Positions 1 through 12,742 of a stretch of 64,000 nt of DNA are shown here, in pieces. The number at the start of each line of letters is the position of its first letter. Position 1 is the stretch's first letter. Position numbers and translations under genes: made by a program. Below the pieces are notes generated by a model. It saw only the letters and a program-made list of their open reading frames with translations, ran no database searches and was not told where the DNA came from. The DNA is taken from positions 7,442,001 through 7,506,000 of the forward strand of contig NW_024704743.1 in NCBI RefSeq assembly GCF_018977255.1, written 5' to 3'. The stretch is from Callorhinchus milii (taxonomy: Eukaryota).

Positions 1-414
1 AGGATAGAGTTTACAGTAAATTTTGTTTGTACAGTATACGTGGCTGAACTTCTCTCCCCCTGACACCAAAAGAATGATTTCTCCCTCGGCCTTTTCAGAA
101 AGCATTGGATTTGAAACTCATGAGGAGTTTTGCTTTAGCATCTCAGTCGCTGAAACAGCTTTTTAACTTCAGCCTTTTGGGCTTTAGAATTATGCGTAGG
201 GTTGCGATTTGGCAAAGAAGCCCAATGTCTGAGTTCCCTCAGGCTCTGAATCAAGATTGTTCAGACCAGCCCCAGTCTAGCAGTGACACAATGGTTGGGC
301 TCGAAGTGGGCCTTACATTAGTTCACCAAAGATTCTTTGCCAGGATATGACTGATCCAGTTCAGTTTTGAAAGTTTGTAAAGTAAATAATTTGAAGTTAT
401 TTATCAAAGTTTCT

Positions 415-750
415 AAGCTGACACTCCAATGCAGCGCTTGGGGTGTGTTGTCAGAGGTGCTGTCCTTCAGATGTGATGTTAAACCGAGTTCCTGTCTGCC
501 TGTTGACGTGGATGTTAAAAATCCCATGGCACTATTTGAAAAGAGAAGGGAGTTTCTCCCGTGTCCTGGCCAGCAATCTTCCAAATAAAATTGGTCACTC
601 ACTCCATGGCTGATTGTGGGACACTGCTGTGCACTTCTGGCTGCCGCATTTCGCCTACAAAATACGTAATCAATCCATTTCACAGCATATACTGTGAAGC
701 ACTTTGAGACATCTCGACGATGTGGTAAGACGCTATATTAAATATCAGTA
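415..750 (+). mobile_element. Deu-domain (SacSINE1/AmnSINE1-related) SINE, 5'-truncated
   Basis: Motifs gctgacactccaatgcag...gatgttaaaccgag...aatcccatggcactatttgaaaagagaagggag, followed by the shared 3' tail gtgaagcactttgagac...; many near-identical copies across the window. Confidence 0.75.
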
Positions 751-1009
751 GCACTATTCTTAAGTTTAAAATTAAGCTTAAAATTAAGCTCTAGCTTAGG
801 AACTAGCAATGAGATACCACTTGGTCGTTTCTTTTTGATGAAATTTGGTGGGGGGGAGGCTTTAGACAAGTGCTCTGGGACTCTACCCCGAGCACAGTGG
901 GGGGGAGATCAAGATCACATCCTGAGAGATAAAGCATTCAGTGCTCCTGGACTTTAGAAACAACAAATAAGAAAGATCCCATCAGAGGAAGAAACAAATT
1001 GTAAATGTG

Positions 1010-1385
1010 GCAATAACAAAAATGTGCATTCATATAGTGCCCTTCATGCAGGGAGCATCCTGGAGCACTTAACAGCGGAGCGGTTTAACTGGAAACGGGG
1101 ACCAAAAGATAGAAGTTGAGACCGAGTGGTAGAGTAAGGGAGATCCATAGGTTTGGGTAGGAACTGAATAATCACCACTATTGATGGTGTCGAGGATTGG
1201 GGGTGGTAGGGGCGAGGGATGGAGTGGAATAGGAGAAGATCAGAGAGATAAGGAGATGCCAGGGAATGGAGGGATTTGTAGGTGAGATCGAGGACTTTGA
1301 AATCAATCAGCTGGGAGATTGGAGGAACAACAACCACAACGAAATTACATTTATAGAGCGCCTTTCACATGGGGAGGACTACCAG
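1010..1385 (-). mobile_element. Two adjacent degraded L2 LINE 3' fragments
   Basis: (CAA)n tails at ~1010 and ~1327; minus-strand translation IDFKVLDLTYKSLHSLASPYLSDLL resembles the L2 ORF2 C-terminus seen at 23398-24000. Confidence 0.7.
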
Positions 1386-2949
1386 AGGTAGCTGGACTCT
1401 GCCAGTTGTGCGCACGAGGTGACTCGAAGCGATGATAACATGCATCCCTCCACAATGGAAGATGGTGAATTAGATGGAAATTTGGCACAAGAACTGGTGC
1501 ATGTCCCGATGACAGCAGCTTGGCGCAGTGCAATCGGGATTTGAGTTTGGTTTCAGTCTGAAGAATTCCCACCTGTGCTCATGAAAGGATCTAGGAGAAA
1601 TATCATTGGAAACAGACAGCAGTGCTGGTGCTAGGCCAGATCACACATCTGCTTCTAACTCAGCTGATTATATTGCATTCAGTTTTTCCAGCTATAAAAA
1701 TAAAAAAAACACTGCATATGTTTTGGGGAAAGAGCCAAATTCCTCCAAACAAGGGAGCAAAGTTCTGTTAAAGTGTGAGCGAACGTTATTCTCACGTATG
1801 TCTCGCTGCGTTACAGGATGTCAGTAACCAGGAACCCCTAAAAGTCTGTGTGTGGAGCTCGGCTGTGATGGTCTGCACAAGTGAAGACCCATAGACTCTC
1901 GGATGTTTAGGAAAATGGCTTTCACGTATTCTGTAGTTGCTCTCTAGAACTCCCTCTGACTCGCCTACTCCCTCTCCACTTTCAAAGCCCACCTCAAAAC
2001 TTAACTCTCTGACCGGTATCTTTCCTCTCACTATCGTCTTCAGCTCCCATCCCCAACCTCCTGCCCCGGCTCAGGTGGACAGCCAGCAATGTGAAGCGCT
2101 CTGAAATATCCTTCCCATGGGAAACGCCTACAAACTATGCGGTCACTACACTTTAAAACATATTCTATTAAATGCTTTGAAATGTTTTCCAATGTGAAAG
2201 GTGCGATGTTAAATCCAAGGATTATTATTACATGCAAATTGTACTATATTGTATAGAAATGACAACTTGACCCTGTGGTAACAGTCCTTAGGCACGATTC
2301 AGTGCCTTTAGGAGGATAGCAAATGGCAAATGCATTGCTGCACCTGGCATTTTCCAATTCTGATGGCCAGATGTACTATGCCCAGACTGCAGTGCTCCAC
2401 GAGCCAATCTCAAGCATGATTGAATGCGCTCATACTCAATGACCCCTTGAGGCAGAAAGTAAATTAAGTAATCAATTAACATAATCGACCAAGCACCTTA
2501 ACTGCTGCTTTTAATAGACATTCCTGTAGCTGCGGGAGAAATATTGCAACAGTTCAGCCACCAAGGTTGAAGACCGAGGGAGACGTGCAGTAATACTTAA
2601 GTGAGATGCCACAAGCCTGAGATTGTGGGAGACTAGATTGGACAAGGAAGGAAAGACTTAGGGAAGGACAGAGTTCCGCAGTCTCAAGGACAAGGGAAAG
2701 AAGGAGTTGGACAAGGAGACTCTACAATTGGCATTACAGATGTTTTATCCAAAATGAATCAAAAAGTTAGGGGAAAAACATTAAACCAATAAAAGCTTTA
2801 CCCCTCCCCCACCTTTAAAATGAAAAGATAATCGTCAGCCTAAGTGTAAATGTAACCTTCTTGCAGACTTTCCTTTTGTTCAGTATTTCCCCCGATCTGA
2901 GGACAAGTTGTTAACTATGTACCAATTACTCTGTTAACTGCTTATTATC

Positions 2950-3215
2950 CTGGTCCTGTTTGTCTATTCAGGTTGAAGGTTAAAGATCCTATTCGATAAG
3001 AGAAGGTAATTTCTCTCAGTGTCCTGTCCAACAATCCCCCAAAATAAAATTGATCATTAACTTCATGGCAGGTTGTGGGATACTGCTGCTACAGTAAATT
3101 TGCTGCTGCCTTGGCCTGCAAATGCACATCACCACACTTTACAGTAAATCTTATGGAGGATTTTGAGACATCCTCTCGACATGAAAGGTGCTATATCAAA
3201 TGCAAGGATTATTTT
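2950..3215 (+). mobile_element. Deu-domain SINE 3' half
   Basis: gtcctgtttgtctattcagg...gtgtcctgtccaacaatccccc...aaatgcaaggattatt, matching other copies. Confidence 0.7.
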
Positions 3216-4239
3216 TATGAACAATATTTTACAAGCAGCAGATATCCTGCTCAGAGAAACTTTCTGGCTTCCTTCATCTTTGGTCTCCGTCCCATTTCCT
3301 TCCTCATGGCTCTAATGACCAACATTCTCCCCTTGTTGTCTTGTTTACCATAAAACATTCCAGTTGTATTAATACCTAATGGATACTTATCCGTGAGAAG
3401 AAACAATCACAGTTGTGTGATTGTAATTTTAGGCTCCGGTCCTGTTGAAGCAAAATAAGCAAAATTTCAGCAGCTTCTGAGCTCATTTCTTCCCGAGTGA
3501 ATAATAATAATCCTTGCGATTTATATAACGCTTTATCATGACGAAACAATAACAGCAACAACAACTTGCATTTATATAGTGCCCTTCATGCGGTTAGCAT
3601 CTCGGAGCGGTTAGCATCTGTGAGGTTTGACACTGAGCTGGAAAGGGAGGGGAGGTGACCGAAGGCACGGTCAAAGAGGATTATTATAACACTGTCCCAT
3701 TTGCCTATCCGGACTATAACAGGCTCCCCTGCTTCTTAAGACCTGTTTACAACATTGGCTCATATGCAGTAGCAGTTTGGAATCCATTTGTGGCTTTGCT
3801 GCCTGGACTATCGTAATGAGCAGCTGACAGGACATCCTGCTTTTGTTGACAAGGTCCTGTTGAATTTTGAGACAGTTTTAGTTTCATGTCACTAATTTCT
3901 TAAGAAGGAAAAACACTTTGCTCCCAGCCTCTCTCGCCAAGTAGAAGCATGCACAATGTCTCCTCTCCTTAAACTGCTTTTCAAACAGTAGTTTATCTAC
4001 AGAGTTGGTACACAGTGCAAGAATGTACCCCTTTGCTGCCACCCCCTTTAATCCTAGCTCATTTCTGAACCTTTGTAATTAGTGCTCCATAATTATTATT
4101 ATTGAGTGGGGGAGGGCGGGGTGAGGCAGTTGTTAAGTGTGGCAGTATACTTACCTCCCACACTACACAAGCAATGCGATCATGTGAAAATTCAATCTGT
4201 TCTAAGTTGTTTGTTTCGCTCCTAACCCAGAGCCATAAA

Positions 4240-4395
4240 CCATAGAAATGTACAGCTAGGAAGGCCATTCGGCCCATCCTGTCTGTGCCGGCTCTTTTAA
4301 AGAACAATCCTTTCACCCCTATTTACCTGTCTTTTCCCCATACCCCTGTTGTTTACTCCTTATTAAATGTCTATCTAGTTTCCCTTTGAAAGCTT
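4240..4395 (-). mobile_element. CR1 LINE 3' tail fragment
   Basis: aaggccattcggcccatc is the reverse complement of the CR1 3' stem-loop gatgggccgaatggcct seen at 10865 and 46945. Confidence 0.65.
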
Positions 4396-6246
4396 CCTCA
4401 ACTAATTGACTTTGGTAAAATCCAGCATTAGAATTTGGATTACATCTCAGTGGGATAGCAGAATGTGATTGAGGTTAAAAATGTTAAACCCTTTAATGGG
4501 AACAGAGATTAATGCATTTCTTATACCCACCTCCACTCGCAACACACCTGGATAGGTATCTGCTTGAATATATCATTGGGGATATAGAGATGCAAGAAGA
4601 CTCAAGGTGAGCCAATAGTCCATGGAGCATAATAAGGTTGAAATTCCATACTATGATCCATACTAAATATCTATGATTCAATCCCGTGGATGATATGGAT
4701 TAAGATGGAAGCCTTAGTTATACAATAGTCACACAAAGAGGGAAAGGAGAGCTTAGGAGAATTGTTTTTCACTCAGAGAGTTATCGACATGCCCTGCTAA
4801 ATATGGTGGTAGAGGCAGAGTCCATTGTTGGTTTCAAGAGTGAAATAGACTGGTACAGAAGAAATGGAGGGTTGAAAAGGTAGAACAATGAAATTGAATG
4901 AATACCTTGCTCTGAGAACCAGTGCAACTCAATGGGCCAAATGGCCCCCTCTGTACGTTTCTATGATTCAATCCCATAATTCGGGAAGAAAAGTAAGGTA
5001 AAAGCAGTAATTGTACATTGAAAATTCCTGTAAACATTAGGGCTTTGGCTTGCAGCATTAGCAGGAGTATAGTAGGAAGAAGCATGAACAGATATGGTGA
5101 AAAGAGTTATGTGCTCAAATAAATCAAAATGTTTTAAATAGAAGTAGCTCAGTATTTATATAAACAACCCAAACAATGAGCCTGCCATCAGTGAGCTATG
5201 GTATATGTTTCCTCTTCCTAGCTCCCAGCCAGCGCCTTCTCTATGTGTGCTCACTAGATTGACTCAGTGTCTTAAACACCTATCCGAGAGGGAAAGAGTT
5301 GGTGTGTGTCCCAGGATAGAGGGGGAAAAGAAAGAGCGAGATGTCAGTGGCTCCTGGCTGCACCTGGCAGTACCTTTACCAACTAGGTCATTGAAATGAT
5401 AGAGAAATATTCTTTCATTTACTTCAATAACTTAGGGAGAGGAAGAAACCGTGTGAAATATCTCTTCGGTAGATTAAGCACACAACTCCAAAGGTAGCAC
5501 TCGTGCCTATGGGTGAGAAGGTTGTGGGTTCAATCTGCCTGTTCATGTCAAGGATCTCATGGCACTGTTCAAAAAAGAGAAGGGAGTTCCTCCTGGTGTC
5601 CTGGTCAACAATTTCCCGGTTAAAATCGGTTATTTTCTTCATTCCTGTTTGTGGCACATTGCTGTGTGCAAATTGGCTGGCGAGTTCATCTTCGGTCATT
5701 ATACTTCACAGTGAATTCTTTGAAGTGCTTTGAGGTGTTTTGCCAGTGTGAAAGACACAATATTAAATTCAAGGATTATTTTTGTTAATGTATTTATTCG
5801 TTTAAATAGGTGAGGTGTGTTCTGTAATAGAACAACATGAATCCTGATCTATGGAGGAATGGTCTTGATGGGCCAAATGGCCCCTTTACATGTCAGTTTA
5901 GTCTTAAGTTTTCATTCAGTCGACCTTTGCTGAATGACTGAGTGAAGGCTGCTACCTCAAGCTACAGTATTCATGAGATGCCTGAATGTCTCCGTGGCCA
6001 TGTTGTTGATCAGTGGTTAAGCAGATTCCATTGTGGACTGCAGCGTGGAGTTACTCTCACTGCCAAAGTAAAAGAGGGATCAAGTGAGTGATTCTCCCAT
6101 TGAAATGCGAACAGAAGCAGCAGCTGATTTTCCACACTGCACGAGCTATAATGAAGGAGCCGGCCCAGGGCACAGGGTCACTGATGTAGCTTAATACTAT
6201 CGCTTACACTATTATGCATCCCATCTTCCAGGTGATTCACACCAGA

Positions 6247-6530
6247 ACAACAACAACAACAAGATTCCATTTATAGAGCGCCTTTCACGTCGGGAGGGAG
6301 TCCCAAGGCACTGTACAGTTGGGTCAGGACCCGAGCATTGGGGGGAAATGGTCAGGATGAGGGGAGGGAAGGGAGGGAGGGAGCGAGGAGGGGGTAGAGA
6401 GTCGAGAGGGGAGCTGAAGGCACGGTCAAAGAGAAAGGTCTTGAGACTGGCCTTGAAGGAGGAAAGGGAGGAGGCGGCGAAGGCACTGGGGGATAGAGTT
6501 CCAGAGCCTAGGGGCTGAGAGGCTGAAGAC
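6247..6530 (-). mobile_element. Young L2 LINE 3' end
   Basis: (CAA)n tail; near-identical reverse complement of 24000-24258. Confidence 0.85.
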
Positions 6531-7033
6531 TGAAGGTGAGGTGTCCCTTTATGTAGCCCTTGAAGCTCGGGAACGCAAATTGTACTAGGTGGCCTCTGTA
6601 TTCAGTCCTAATTCCGTGAGTGCAAATCCCTACTCTTGTGGAACTTCAGTATTTGGAGCAACACAACAACAGGTATTCCTGATGGACTACTGCCCACCCA
6701 ATCAAGATGCTTTCCCCAGTGCCTTATCGCATTACAGGCCACTGAGTCCAGCAACTACCTGTTTTGTGTATTTCCCTATCTCCCTCCCTACTTTCCCGAG
6801 CTCCCAGCCTCAACATCTCCAAACCTACGTCTGCTAAACTAAATGAGAGCAGCTTGTCAGGTTAAAAACTCAAACCCTCTTAAAGGGATAGGCATCCCCA
6901 AGTATAGGAATTATTAATCTTATTATCTCCAACACTTATATTTATACAGGATAGAGAGTGTACAAAAATAGTGTAACTGTGACAGAGGCAACGGTGTATT
7001 ATTGCAAAATACTGTAGAAATATACATAATTAT

Positions 7034-7350
7034 AATAATCCTTGCATTTGGTATAGCACTTTATCATGTTGTCGAGGCATCTCAAAGCATTTCACAGGAT
7101 TTGACTGTGAGGTGTAGTGACTGTATGTTCTGTAGGTGAACCCGGCAGCCAATTTGGGCACAAAAGCAATGTCCCACAAATAGCCATGTAGTGAATAGCC
7201 AGTTTTATTATTTGGGGGATTGTTGGCCAGGACACCAGGAGAAAGTCCCTTCTCTTTTCATGTAGTGCTATGGGATATTTAATGGTCAATCTGGATATTT
7301 AAGGTCCACCGAGACGTTGGTTTAAGATCTCATCTGAAGGAAGGCACTGT
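7034..7350 (-). mobile_element. Deu-domain SINE (reverse)
   Basis: Starts aataatccttgcatttg (reverse complement of the SINE tail) and continues through gttggccaggacaccaggaga...agtgctatgggat. Confidence 0.75.
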
Positions 7351-7777
7351 TCCCCCAACACAGCACAGGAGCACGTGAATTGAAGTGATTTATTGTTTTT
7401 AATGCAATTCTGACGTCTCGCTTATGTGAAATTGTGAGATTTGCAAAGGGATTCGTAAACCCAAATCCTACATGTGCTCAGATGACTTTGTGAGGAACTC
7501 AACTGAATCTGAGTCACTACTCTTGGCACCTGGTAGTAAATCGTTATATGAGCGACATTCCGGATCCGATGTTTCCAAATCCTTTTGTGATCTCGCAATT
7601 TAAACCAAAACTCCTCCCTTCTCCCAATCCTCTCCACCACCCCATCTGTCAAGTGGATTGTTCAACACTGTTTATAATGAATCCAGTCATTCAGCAAAAC
7701 GTTACCTTATGTTTACTTGATGACTCACATTGGAAATGGTTGTTTTGGGGAATGTGCCCATCAGTAAAAGAGATAGA

Positions 7778-7837
7778 GGGACAAATGTCCTGACTATGCG
7801 AATAAATAGGGAGGTAGAAAGGGCTTTAAACTACTAA
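7778..7837 (+). pseudogene. C-terminal remnant of CR1 ORF1 (SGNH-esterase-type ORF1 tail)
   Basis: Translates GTNVLTMRINREVERALNY*; an ...RALN* end is the ORF1 terminus I recall for vertebrate CR1 elements; lies directly upstream of ORF2. Confidence 0.75.
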
Positions 7838-7887
7838 GGGGGGGGGGAGGTAAAAACATAGTAAAGTATAGTCCACCACAGTTCAAT

Positions 7888-10817
7888 TTGAGATCAACAA
7901 AAGCAAGAGAGCAGATTAACAAGGGAGAAGAGCAAAGTGTGTCAAGCAGGGAAAGGAAGTACAGTGATAGAGTGCTGGTGAATAGGGTTAATAGCCGGAT
8001 GTCAGAATTAAGGGCACTATATCTGAATGCACGAAGCATTCGTAACAAGATAGATGAATTAGTTGCACAAATAGAGACAAACCGGTATGATCTAGTAGCC
8101 ATCACCGAGACATGGTTACAGGGTGATCAGGGATGGGAACTGAATATTCCCGGCTACGTGGTATATAGGAAAGATAGGCGATGTGGTAAACGAAGAGGGG
8201 GAGTGGCCCTGCTAATAAAGGATGGGATAAAAACAGTAGAGAGGAAAGATTTTAAATCTGAAAAGCAAGATGTAGAGTCAGTATGGGTAGAGATACGTAA
8301 CTTCAAGGGGCAGAAAACTATAGTGGGAGTAGTTTATAGACCCCCAAACAGTGGTCAAAGTATCGCTCAAGGTATAAATCAAGAGATTAGTGGAGCATGT
8401 AGCAAAGGAAAGACACTAATTGTGGGTGATTTTAACCTGCACATAGACTGGGACAACCAAATTGGGAAAGGTAACATAGAAGAGGAGTTTATAGAATGTA
8501 TTAGAGATAATTTTCTAGATCAATATGCTGAGGAGCCGACCAGGGAACAAGCCATATTAGACCTTGTTTTGTGTAATGAAACAGGGCTGATCAGCAAACT
8601 GGAACTTAAGGCTCCTCTAGGGCAAAGCGATCATAATATGATGGAATTTAGCGTTAAGTTAGAGAGGGAAGTAGTTAAGTCTGAAGCAAAAGTCTTCAAT
8701 TTAAATCGAGCCAACTTTGCTGGTATGAGAGAGGATTTAGCCAGAATAAACTGGGAGACTAAACTTAAAGATTTGACGGTAGACCAGCAATGGCAGACAT
8801 TCAAGGAGATAGTGCAAAATTCCCAACGAGCACATATTCCTTTGAGGAATAAGAATGCCATGGGAAAGGTGGTGCAGCCATGGCTAACTAGAGCAGTTAG
8901 GGAAAGTATCAAATCAAAAGAAAAAGCCTATAAAACAGCGAAGATGAGTAGTAAACCCGAGGATTGGGAGAACTTTAGGGAACAACAGAGGAGGACCAAA
9001 AAATTGATCAAGAGGGAGAAAATAGATTACGAGGGCAAACTAGCAAAGAACATAAAAACAGACTCCAAGAGTTTTTACAAATATATAAAGAGGAAAAGGC
9101 TAGCGAGGGTGAATGTGGGTCCATTACAGGCAGAGACCGGAGGAATTATAATAGGGGACAAAGACATGGCAGAGTCATTAAACAAGTATTTTTCTACAGT
9201 CTTCACCGTAGAAGACACTGGAAACATACCAAAAATAGAGGACCAAGAAGACAATGTTAGCGAGCAACTTAGGGAGATTAACATTAGTAAAGAGATGGTT
9301 CTAGGTAAATTGTCGGGTCTTAAAACCGATAAATCCCCTGGACCGGATGGCCTGCATCCGAGAGTTTTAAAGGAGGTGGCTACTGAGATAGTGGATGGCA
9401 TGTCTATAATCTTCCAAAAGTCTGTGGATACTGGAAAAGTTCCCATTGATTGGAAGATTGCAAACGTAACTCCACTATTTAAGAAGGGTGGGAGAGAAAA
9501 TAGGGAAAACTATAGACCAGTTAGTTTGACGTCAGTTGTAGGGAAAATTCTTGAGTCCTTAATAAAAGACGTAGTTATGGGATACCTGGAAGACCATAAA
9601 AAGATTAGGCAGAGTCAACATGGCTTTACAAAAGGGAAGTCATGCTTGACTAACCTTTTAGAATTTTTTGAGGATGTATCCAGCAGGTTGGATAAGGGGG
9701 AACCAGTAGATGTGGTATATTTGGATTTTAGGAAGGCATTTGACAAGGTGCCACACAAAAGGCTGTTACTCAAGATCAAGGCCCACGGGATTAATGGGAA
9801 AATATTAACATGGATAGAAGAGTGGCTATCGGGTAGAAAGCAGAGAGTAGTGATAAACGGATCATTCTCGAATTGGCAGGATGTAACTAGTGGAGTGCCA
9901 CAAGGATCAGTGCTTGGGCCTCAGCTATTTACCATTTACATCAATGATCTGGACGAGGACATTGAATGTAATGTGTCTAAATTCGCGGATGATACTAAAC
10001 TAGGTAGCAGAGTGAGCTCTCAGGATGATGCAAAAAGATTGCAACAAGATATAGATAGGCGGGGAGTGGGCAAGTAGGTGGCAGATGGAATTCAATGTTA
10101 GCAAGTGTGAAATTATTCACCTAGGTAGCAAGAATAAAAGAACAGATTATTTTCTGGAAGGGGAGAAGTTAGATAGTGTTAGTATTCAAAGGGATTTGGG
10201 TGTCCTTGTACACCAGTCCCAAAAAGTTAGTTTGCAGGTGCAGCAAGCAACTAAGAAGGCGAACGGCATGTTAGCGTTCATTTCGAAAGGTTTAGAATAT
10301 AAGAGTAGGGAAGTCTTGCTGCAACTGTATAGGGCTTTGGTGAGACCGCACCGAGAGTATTGTGTGCAGTTTTGGTCTCCTTATTTAAAAAAGGACATAC
10401 TTGCCCTAGAGGGGGTGCAGCGTAGATTCACTCGGTTAGTTCCTGGGATGAGGGGACTGACCTATGAGGATAGGCTGAATAAACTAGGGCTATATTCTCT
10501 AGAGTACAGAAGAATTAGGGGGATCTTATTGAAACATAAGATTCTTAAAGGGCTGGATAAAGTAGACACTGAGGGTCTGTTTCCCCTGGTAGGAGAATCT
10601 ATAACCAGGGGTCACAGTCTTAAAATTAAGGGTCAGCCTTTTAGAACAGAGTTGAGGAAACATTTCTTACACTCAGAGGGTAGTGAATTTATGGAATTCA
10701 CTACCCTAGAAGGCTGTAGATGCTCAGTCCTTGAACATTTTCAACGCTGAGACTGATAGATTCTTGAAAAATAGAGGGATTAGGGGATATGGGGATAGGG
10801 CAGGTAATCAGAGTTAG
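7888..10817 (+). pseudogene. CR1 ORF2 (AP endonuclease + reverse transcriptase), disrupted near the C-terminus
   Basis: EN motifs YLNARS, AITETWL, YRPP, GDFN, SDH; RT motifs [38 protein letters not shown]. Frameshift at ~10060 (DIDRLGEW broken), compensated indels at ~10520-10540, +1 insertion at ~10669 and in-frame TAG at ~10707. Confidence 0.93.
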
Positions 10818-11848
10818 GTGAAAAGATCAGCCATGATCTTATTGAATGGCGGGGCAGGCACGAAGGGCCGAATGGCCTACTCCTGCTCCTAATTCTTATG
10901 TTCTTATGACAGACAGTACAGTTCTGCTTTATAAAATCATTCGAGGGTGAGAGTGAAACTAAAGAAACAGAAATATTTTGTCAAAACACTGGAGGGAGGG
11001 GAAAAGTCTGATTTTCTACATTACACTCTTTTTTATTAAATCTAAAGTGTAATATAAAGAACACAGCAGCTGGTGGGAGGGGAAAACCTCCATGGTGCTG
11101 TTTTTAACAAGCGTGAAGCTGTACGCATTCCAGGAGATTATCATACACAATGAAAATACTAAATGCATAAAGTGGAGGACATTGGAGGCCTTTGCTGAGG
11201 GTAGTTGACGTTATTAAATACTTTGACAAGTGCAGATGCAATTCTTCTCCTTCCTACTTTTCTTCCCTCCTCGTCTTTCCTCAGCCAAAGCAGTAAAGTT
11301 TGCTGCACAAAATACAGTCATTATACTTTACGGTACATATCACACAAAGCGCTTTGAGACATCCCAACGTGAAAGATACTGTACCAAAGTTTACAGTCAG
11401 GTGGGGCAATGGTGCCTTGCCCATTTGCCATTCTTCGTGTGACAGATTGGGACAGTGGGTGCGAGTAAGCTGTTTGACTGTGGGGTGGGGGTTGGGAGGG
11501 GGGCATTGCGGTCAAGCCCACCTCAACCCCAGGGAAACTGAGGCCAATTGAAAGAGCCCCAGACCACCCAGCACGTCAGCTGGGATCAACTAAAACATCA
11601 CAGAGCAGGGCTCGAACGTGCACCCTTTCAACTGTGGCAAAGCAATATACAATTACAGATGTAATTTTAGCAAATAGCTGTTCAATGAGCTGCATTGATT
11701 TCTGCACCATGGATTATAAACACATAATACCTATAGTGGCAACTTGAGCTCAGTTCATTCCAAAATCCACTGAAATTCAATTTCCACATAATATCCTTGA
11801 ATTTGATATTGTGGATTTCAAGCGCTCTGACACACTAACCTGCATGGG

Positions 11849-12180
11849 AGAGCACTCGCCTCGCAAGCAAGAGACCTGGGTGCGATTCCCGGCAGGGTAA
11901 AATGTTAGGCAAGTTTCCTTACTCCACACACTTCTGTTTACCTAGTAATAAGTAGGAACCCTGTTGTTAGCTGAATAGCGGATCGCTTTTCCGGCGGTAA
12001 TAATTCCTTAAAAAAAATTGTTCAATCCACGACTGTTTGCGGGACACTGCTATACACAATTGTGTGCAATCGCCCACAGGATATACAGTCAACTCAATTT
12101 ACGGTATATTCTGTGAAGCGCTTTGAGACGTCTTGAAGATGTGATAAGACGTTATATCAAATGCAAGGATTATTATTATT
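11849..12180 (+). mobile_element. tRNA-derived SINE (tRNA-Ala-like head, L2-type tail)
   Basis: agagcactcgcctcgcaagcaagagacctgggtgcgattcccggcaggg head, family body, tail gcaaggattattatt. Confidence 0.85.
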
Positions 12181-12742
12181 AATATATAAATGCAAGTTGT
12201 TGTTGAATCAGAACTCTTCAGCCCATTTGATCTCATCCTTTCAGACATCTACCATATCATCTTCCCATTCAGCATCAAGCACTGGAATGAGATTGAAGTA
12301 CATAGTCCTGGGGGGTCACCAGCACAGACGCAATGGGACAAATGGTCTCATTCAGTCCTGTAAAGATTCTATAATGTTGTACAACTATTCGATTGATATT
12401 GTGGAGCCAAAGGTTTTAACATTCAGTTTTAACGAAAAAATAGTCAAAACTCCAGGGTTAGATTTGTACTTTACCTTTAATAGTAGGCAAGTTAGGCTCA
12501 AGACTGGCTTACTCGACTTGCCATTAAAGGTAAAGTACTTCTATTCATCTCTTCACTTTTTCTCTCCAGCGATTGAAGGAGGGTAGATTCAAAACAAATC
12601 TATGGAAACACTATTTCAGTGAGCGAAGAAAATCTATGGAGCAGGTTCCCTTGGGAGATTAGTGGAAGCAGAAAGTGTTGATTCTTTCAAATGCAAATTA
12701 GATAGATTTTTTTAGGAAATAATATTTCGGGATACAGTTTAT

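Larger units (their letters stand above)
7772..10908 (+). mobile_element. CR1-clade LINE, 5'-truncated within ORF1, with near-complete ORF2 and intact 3' end
   Basis: ORF1 C-terminus, APE endonuclease plus RT ORF2, 3' stem-loop gggccgaatggcct and octamer tail (ttcttatg)2 ending at 10908. Confidence 0.95.

Noticed and set aside
7888..10077. 729-aa ORF as a host or domesticated gene
   Set aside because: Standard CR1 ORF2 with retrotransposon 3' tail and disabling C-terminal lesions; the listed start is TTG
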